In this document: positions 59,101-64,000 of the stretch, in pieces
Numbering within the stretch: position 1 is the stretch's first letter
Layout of the letters: the number at the start of each line of letters is the position of its first letter
Origin: Cyanophora paradoxa CCMP329
Taxonomy: Eukaryota > Plantae > Glaucophyta
NCBI GenBank assembly: GCA_004431415.1
Contig: QPMI01000536.1
Span: 18,651 to 82,650, forward strand
DNA: 64,000 nucleotides
Reading direction: 5' to 3'
Program-made: the position numbers and the translations under genes
The notes under the pieces: generated by a model
Seen by the model: the letters and a program-made list of their open reading frames with translations, nothing else
Databases searched by the model: none
Told to the model about the DNA's origin: nothing

Positions 59101-59771
59101 AGCTCGCGCCGCAGCGATGCGCTCTCCAGCGCGGCGGTCTGGCCGCCGGCCCGCGGTCGGCCGCGCGAAGCGCCGGCAGCGGCCGCGTCGGCGGCGCACG
59201 GGAAAGGCGTAGTACGTGATGTTGATTTGAATTCCGGAGGACTTTAGAGTGGTGAGCCAACCAAGGAAGAAGACGAGCCCTGCGGGGCGCTCGGGCGCTG
59301 GGGCTCGGCGCGGGCGCCGGCGGCCCTGTGCAGCGCTTACCCTGTGCACACTGAGACTCGGTCGAATCCATCAGCGTTCCGTTGACCTGCCCCTCGAGCG
59401 CGCTCCAAGCTGTGGATGGCTCCAGCGGATACGCCACCAGCTTCGTTGGATGCGGCGGGAAGCGCGGCGGCTCGACTCGGCGGGATGCCCCTGCGACGTT
59501 GGCACGCATCAACACGCGTCGAGGGCGATCCCACGCGCTCAAAACTTGGGGCGCAGGCCGCACGTTCAGGGAGGGCGGTGAATGCGATCGACAAACGCCC
59601 AATGGAGTCATTTGTGTTAGAGTCATGTGCGTTTGAGGCCGCGACACTCTCAACCAGGAGTTGAACTACTAGACCACCGAGAACGGCGCACAGCGCAGCC
59701 CACGGCCACCCCCGGTCGTCGCGCGCTCCTGCGCCTCCAACGCCGACCCTTCGTCGGGCGAGCCGCTGCAT
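53200..59771 (-). CDS. Large Cys-rich (GCC2_GCC3/TNFR-like repeats) multi-pass membrane protein, multi-exon
   Basis: Hydrophobic leader; CPPGTY, ACTPCPIG, GSYATERGMTACTPC, CVCAEGYY, REGLVCGACPAGFY; then several TM exons (IGLSLLVAGFVACWILVCV, ALVSALVYTVGFPVSFLIL, AAAAVALVLLFLVRP). Ends approximate. Confidence 0.65.
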
Positions 59772-60294
59772 TGCTGCAGGAAGATGCGATCATGAACCAC
59801 AGGAAGGCATCGCGGCCCGCCAGCCCCCAGGCGACCGAAGATGTGCTGCTGCTCGTCTGCTCCTGCGCTGATGTGGTGCCGAACTATTGCCTACGCTGAA
59901 CAAGAGCCGGAGCTCGTCGAGTCGCTTGTGCGCTGCTGTATTAGAAGCGGACGTCAACGCCGGCTGACACTCTACATCTACCCCCCCCCCTGCCCCCCCC
60001 GCTCATGCTCAGTTGCAATTGCGCGGTCCGCGGCGTCCCGGCGGCGTAGAGTCCGCGAGGCATCTCGAGGCTGCTGCTTTATGCTGATCCGGAAGCAGCG
60101 GAACGATGCCGTACGGCACGCTGGTCGTTCGCCGTGCGTGAGGGGCGGGAACTCCGCGCCCGGACACTCGTCGGATTTCGACTCACGGGACGTCGCGCAG
60201 TCCTTCGAGGCTCGAAGCTAACCAACCATGAACTTCTCGGTGCGCCGCGCTGCTCCCGATCCGGGCGGCTCAGCGGCCGCGCGCGGCACTGCTC

Positions 60295-63200
60295 ATGATC
60301 ATCGGTCCCCGGCGCAGGGAAGATGAAGGTCCGGTGACCTTGAGCGATTCCGAGCGCTGCGCGTACTCTAGCGAAGCCGAATTGCTTCCTGGGCCGACGC
60401 CGCTGATTATGAGCCGGCCCGCCGACGTCGATGTCGCCGTAGGTCTTCGCGACCTTGGGGTTGCGGGGCGAGAAACCGACGCAGCTCAAAACTGTTCACG
60501 GAGGCGGAACGGAACCAGACTTCACGAAGGTGGAAGGCGCCAGCGTCGCCCGCCTGTGCGTTCGCCGGCGCCCCCGCACTCCGCACGCCCGTTGCAAAGC
60601 TTACCGTGCCGCGCGAGCAGACGCATCGTGAACGGGAGGCACGCGGAGCTCATTCTGGAGCTGTACGACGAGGAGATCATCAAGCAGCACGACTTCATCG
60701 GCCGCTGCGCCCTGCAGCTCGACGGCCTGCTCTGGCCAGCCGAGACCGGCGGCGTACCCCTCGCCAATGCGAAGCCCATCAGGAAGGAGCTGAGGCTCCG
60801 CGACGACAAAGGGAAACCCGCCGGATTCGTGAACGCCGAGGTGGGGCTACCCTCCTTGGGGGGGGGGGGTACAGGCGCCCCGCCGACCGCGGGGGTACAG
60901 CTGTCGTTCGAGCCGGAGCCGGACTGGATCCCCGAGCCGTCGGCCGTGCGGGACCCTGCTCGCGAGGAGGAGGAGGACTTCGCCCGAGAGGCCTGTGCGC
61001 GTACCCCCCGCCGCCGTTCCCCGTCCCCCCAGCCCCTGACTCGCTGGCAGCCTCCCTTGTCGATGCACTCAAAGCAGCCGGCCCCCATCCATCTCTGATT
61101 CCCGCCAGTTCCGTGAATCCCGGCCAAGGCCCGCCCACGGCTCAAGACGACATGCTGGATCGCCCTGCGAAGCAGCCCGCGAACGGCGTACCCCTGTACG
61201 ACGTCACGGGGCCTCTAAAGGTCATTCCCGTCCGCCCCACACATGTACCCCGCTCACGGGACGCGCCGTTAGGTTTCCATCGTTGATTTGCGGCCCGCTG
61301 AGTTCGAAAAGGCTCGCGCCCCGGTTCTCTGAACCGTACCCCGCCCGCATAGCCCGTAACACCCTCCCCTGACGACAGGGCGCCCACCTCAAAATCTGCA
61401 GCGGCCACTTCGCGCGAGTGTTCCTGTAAGAGCACCATGCACCCCCCCTTCCCCTCAACCCCCTACAGTCCATTTTCGCCCCCTACCCCCTTCTAATTCC
61501 ATCCCTCGGCCTCCTCTTCTCCCGCCCCCGCCCCTCCCCTCCCCTCTCTCCCCCTCCCTCTTCCTCCCTCCCCTCCCCCCCCCCATCCCCTCCCACCCTC
61601 TCAATCTCTCTCCGCCCCCCCCCCCCCCTTCCCACACCTTCCCCCTGCCATTCCCGTTCGCCCATGGCCAGTGCAGCTGACAGGAGCTGATGGGGCAGCA
61701 TGCACGGGCGGCGGGAGATCGCGGCGGTGGAGGAGGCACTCACGGGGGCCCCGGCGCCCCTCGCGTTCCAGCTGCGGGGCCTGCCGAGGGAGAACGCGGG
61801 TTCGAACCCCTGCGAGGTCCCGGACCTCGAGGAGGCGTTCAAGGCCGACACCGCCTTCACGCGCGGCTACCTGGCCGGCCAGCTCGAGTGCCGCCGCATC
61901 CCCCGGGTTCGAGCCCCAGCCCGCCGCCCCCGGCCCGGCCCGATCCCCGCGCCGGCGCCGGCGACCGCGGAGGCGCAGGAAGCCGAGATGGTCGTGTGCG
62001 TCTACTGCCGGAGGCGGCCGGACGCCGCCACCGACGGGGACGTGAATGGCGAGGCGGCGGCGTGCGACGGGCGGGGGCTGAGCGCCCCCGTCGTGGGCGA
62101 GGGCCCGGACGGCGAGGAGGCCGTGCTCGTCGCCTGGGCGACCCTCCAGGTCCTTCCCCCACCCGCCCCTCGGCTCGGCGCGGCGCGGCGCGGCCACCTT
62201 GCGTGACCGCTGGAGGACGGGTGCAGGTCTTCGACCGGGACGGCGTCCTGCGAGACGGCTTCTTCAAGCTCAACCTCTGGTGCGCCCGCGGAGGCGGCGC
62301 CGGCGCCGGCGCCGGCGCCGGCCCTCGTGATCGCGACCCCTGCCGCGCAGGCGGCAGCGCCCCACGATTGACTACGAGTTCAAGGGTCCGAGCTCCCTGC
62401 GACTTCCGTTTCCCTCCCCCGCGCCCGGCCCGACTGACGCCCGAGCGCAGACAACTGCGAGTACTGCAACGAGAGGGAGCAGACAGTCCATTGCAACGAC
62501 TGCGAGGTTGATGTGCGACTAGTCCGCCCGAACGCGCTTTAATTTCTGTCGCTGACGGGCGCTCGGCCGCCGCAGCGGAAGCTCTGCGACGAGTGCGACG
62601 ACGTGCGGAAGGCGTAGCCCCAGCGTTTCAAGCGTCCGAGTCGCCTGACATCGAAGGTACCTGCGCAGAAGATCCACGAGGAGAAGGGGAAGAAGGGCCA
62701 CAGCGTGATGCGCCTGCCCACCGGTGCGAGCCCCCTCGAGCTTCCTTCTCCTCAAGCTCTCGCTCCCGGATCCGAACCCGGCGCCAGCGCGCATGCGGAC
62801 TCTGCCCCGCCCGACCACGAGCTCCACGGGTTCTCTTCCAAGCGCGAGGGGCGCCGGCGCCGGCCAGGGGGCCGCCGCGCAGGCGATCCGCCACTGGGGC
62901 TCCGTTGTGCTCCGCGTGGACCCCCCGCACCATGCGCCGCCGCAAGCCGCCTCGAAGTCGCGCCCTCCCGTCTTCTTCGCGCACGCGCCCCAGGCGAGCG
63001 GGGCGGGCGGGGCGCGAGGGGCCCGCGCGGCCCGCCGCCCTTCTGACGGCGCGCCCGGCTGCAGGTGCTGGCGGACCTCGACGAGAAGCTGGCGGCCCTC
63101 GACGGGCTCGTCGACTGCGACGGCGTGCGCGCGCTTAAGATAGAAGATAGAAGATAGAAGGCCGCCGCTCCGATAGGAGGCCGCCGCTCCGCCCAGGAGC

Positions 63201-63673
63201 CCGCCTCGCGCTACGCCTCCTCAGTGACCGCCACCCCCCCTAAGGCCCTCAACCCTTATCTCCGCGGCGACGTGCGCGACGCTGAGCTCCCTCAGGCGTC
63301 CGAGGCCGACTCCCTCAGCGTGGACCTCGAGGCGCGCCCCCTCTCATCCCGCCCCGTCCCGCGTGCTTCTCTCGAGCTCACCGGGAGCCGCGGCCGCGCG
63401 CAGAGCGAGAAGTCGCGAGAGCTCGTGGACGTGCTGCAGAGGGCCGGCTCGATCCCCGCGGGCCGCCCCTCCAGCTCTCCGCGCGGCTCGCACAGCGGGT
63501 CGCGGGGCAGTCTGCTTGCGCGGCCCGGCGCCCCGTCCCCGGCACACAGCGACGGGGACGGGGGCGGGGGCGCCGAGAGCTCCCCGCCGTCCTCGTCCCC
63601 GGGCGCGGGCGAGGCGGAGGAGGGGAAGCCGCCGTCGCGCGCCTCGTCCGCCACCTCGACGCTGCAGGGGTGA
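60295..63673 (+). CDS. Multi-exon C2-domain and B-box zinc-finger protein
   Basis: LILELYDEEIIKQHDFIGRCALQL is C2-like; CEYCNERE..VHCNDC...LCDECD...IH...GH is B-box-like. Ends approximate. Confidence 0.55.
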
Positions 63674-64000
63674 GCGGGCCCGGAAACGCGCGCGCACCCC
63701 TCGCATCGCCGCAGCCGCTCACATCGCCCTCTCCGCAGCTTCGCGGAATACCCCGGCGCCGCTGCGGCTGCAGCTGACGGCCTCGCCGCGACGATCACGA
63801 CCCCCGCTGATAATGAACCGCCGGCGCTGCTGCCGGCCGCCAGCCCGCCCGCGGCGACCAGCTACGGGATCCGTAGCGGAATCCACAAGGTCGCTCGCAA
63901 GGCCAGCGACGTCGTCTCTGCGCTGTCCTACTAGTGCGTCTCGTCTTTCGCCCCACTGCTTTAATTTGGCTGCGTGCACGGCTCGCGCTGAACCGCCCCC

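Noticed and set aside
43000-64000. Many long overlapping R/P/G/A-rich ORFs
   Set aside because: Artefacts of very high GC; the real genes are short exons split by GC-rich introns.
1-64000. Host species assignment (intron style is reminiscent of a glaucophyte such as Cyanophora)
   Set aside because: No marker gene in the window; cannot be supported without a search.

Overview
GC-rich, intron-dense eukaryotic (protist/alga-like) DNA in four zones. (1) 1-4230: host DNA with a ~40-bp GC minisatellite and the 5' exons of a host gene. (2) ~4230-22066: an ~18-kb AT-richer, intronless endogenous Polinton-like virus (PLV), truncated on the left. It encodes a patatin-discoidin fusion, two minor capsid proteins, a double jelly-roll major capsid protein, a Zn-ribbon/PD-(D/E)XK endonuclease, an A32-type packaging ATPase, a TVpol primase-SF3 helicase, a protein-primed PolB and an rve integrase. 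It also has a central repeat region, several long hairpins and a giant-virus-type AAAATTGA motif. (3) ~22800-41800: an intermediate-GC island, bracketed by a duplicated host-gene fragment, with two head-to-head multi-exon receptor genes. Both read signal peptide - beta-rich/WD40 ectodomain - (Ser-Pro)n stalk - SEA-like GSTV module - single TM - cytoplasmic TIR with the catalytic Glu, i.e. Toll-like-receptor analogues without LRRs. (4) ~42950-64000: very GC-rich host genes (coiled-coil, multi-ubiquitin-like, BAH, NHL-repeat, Cys-rich multi-TM, C2/B-box). All exon structures were spliced by eye and no database searches were run, so boundaries and family calls are provisional.
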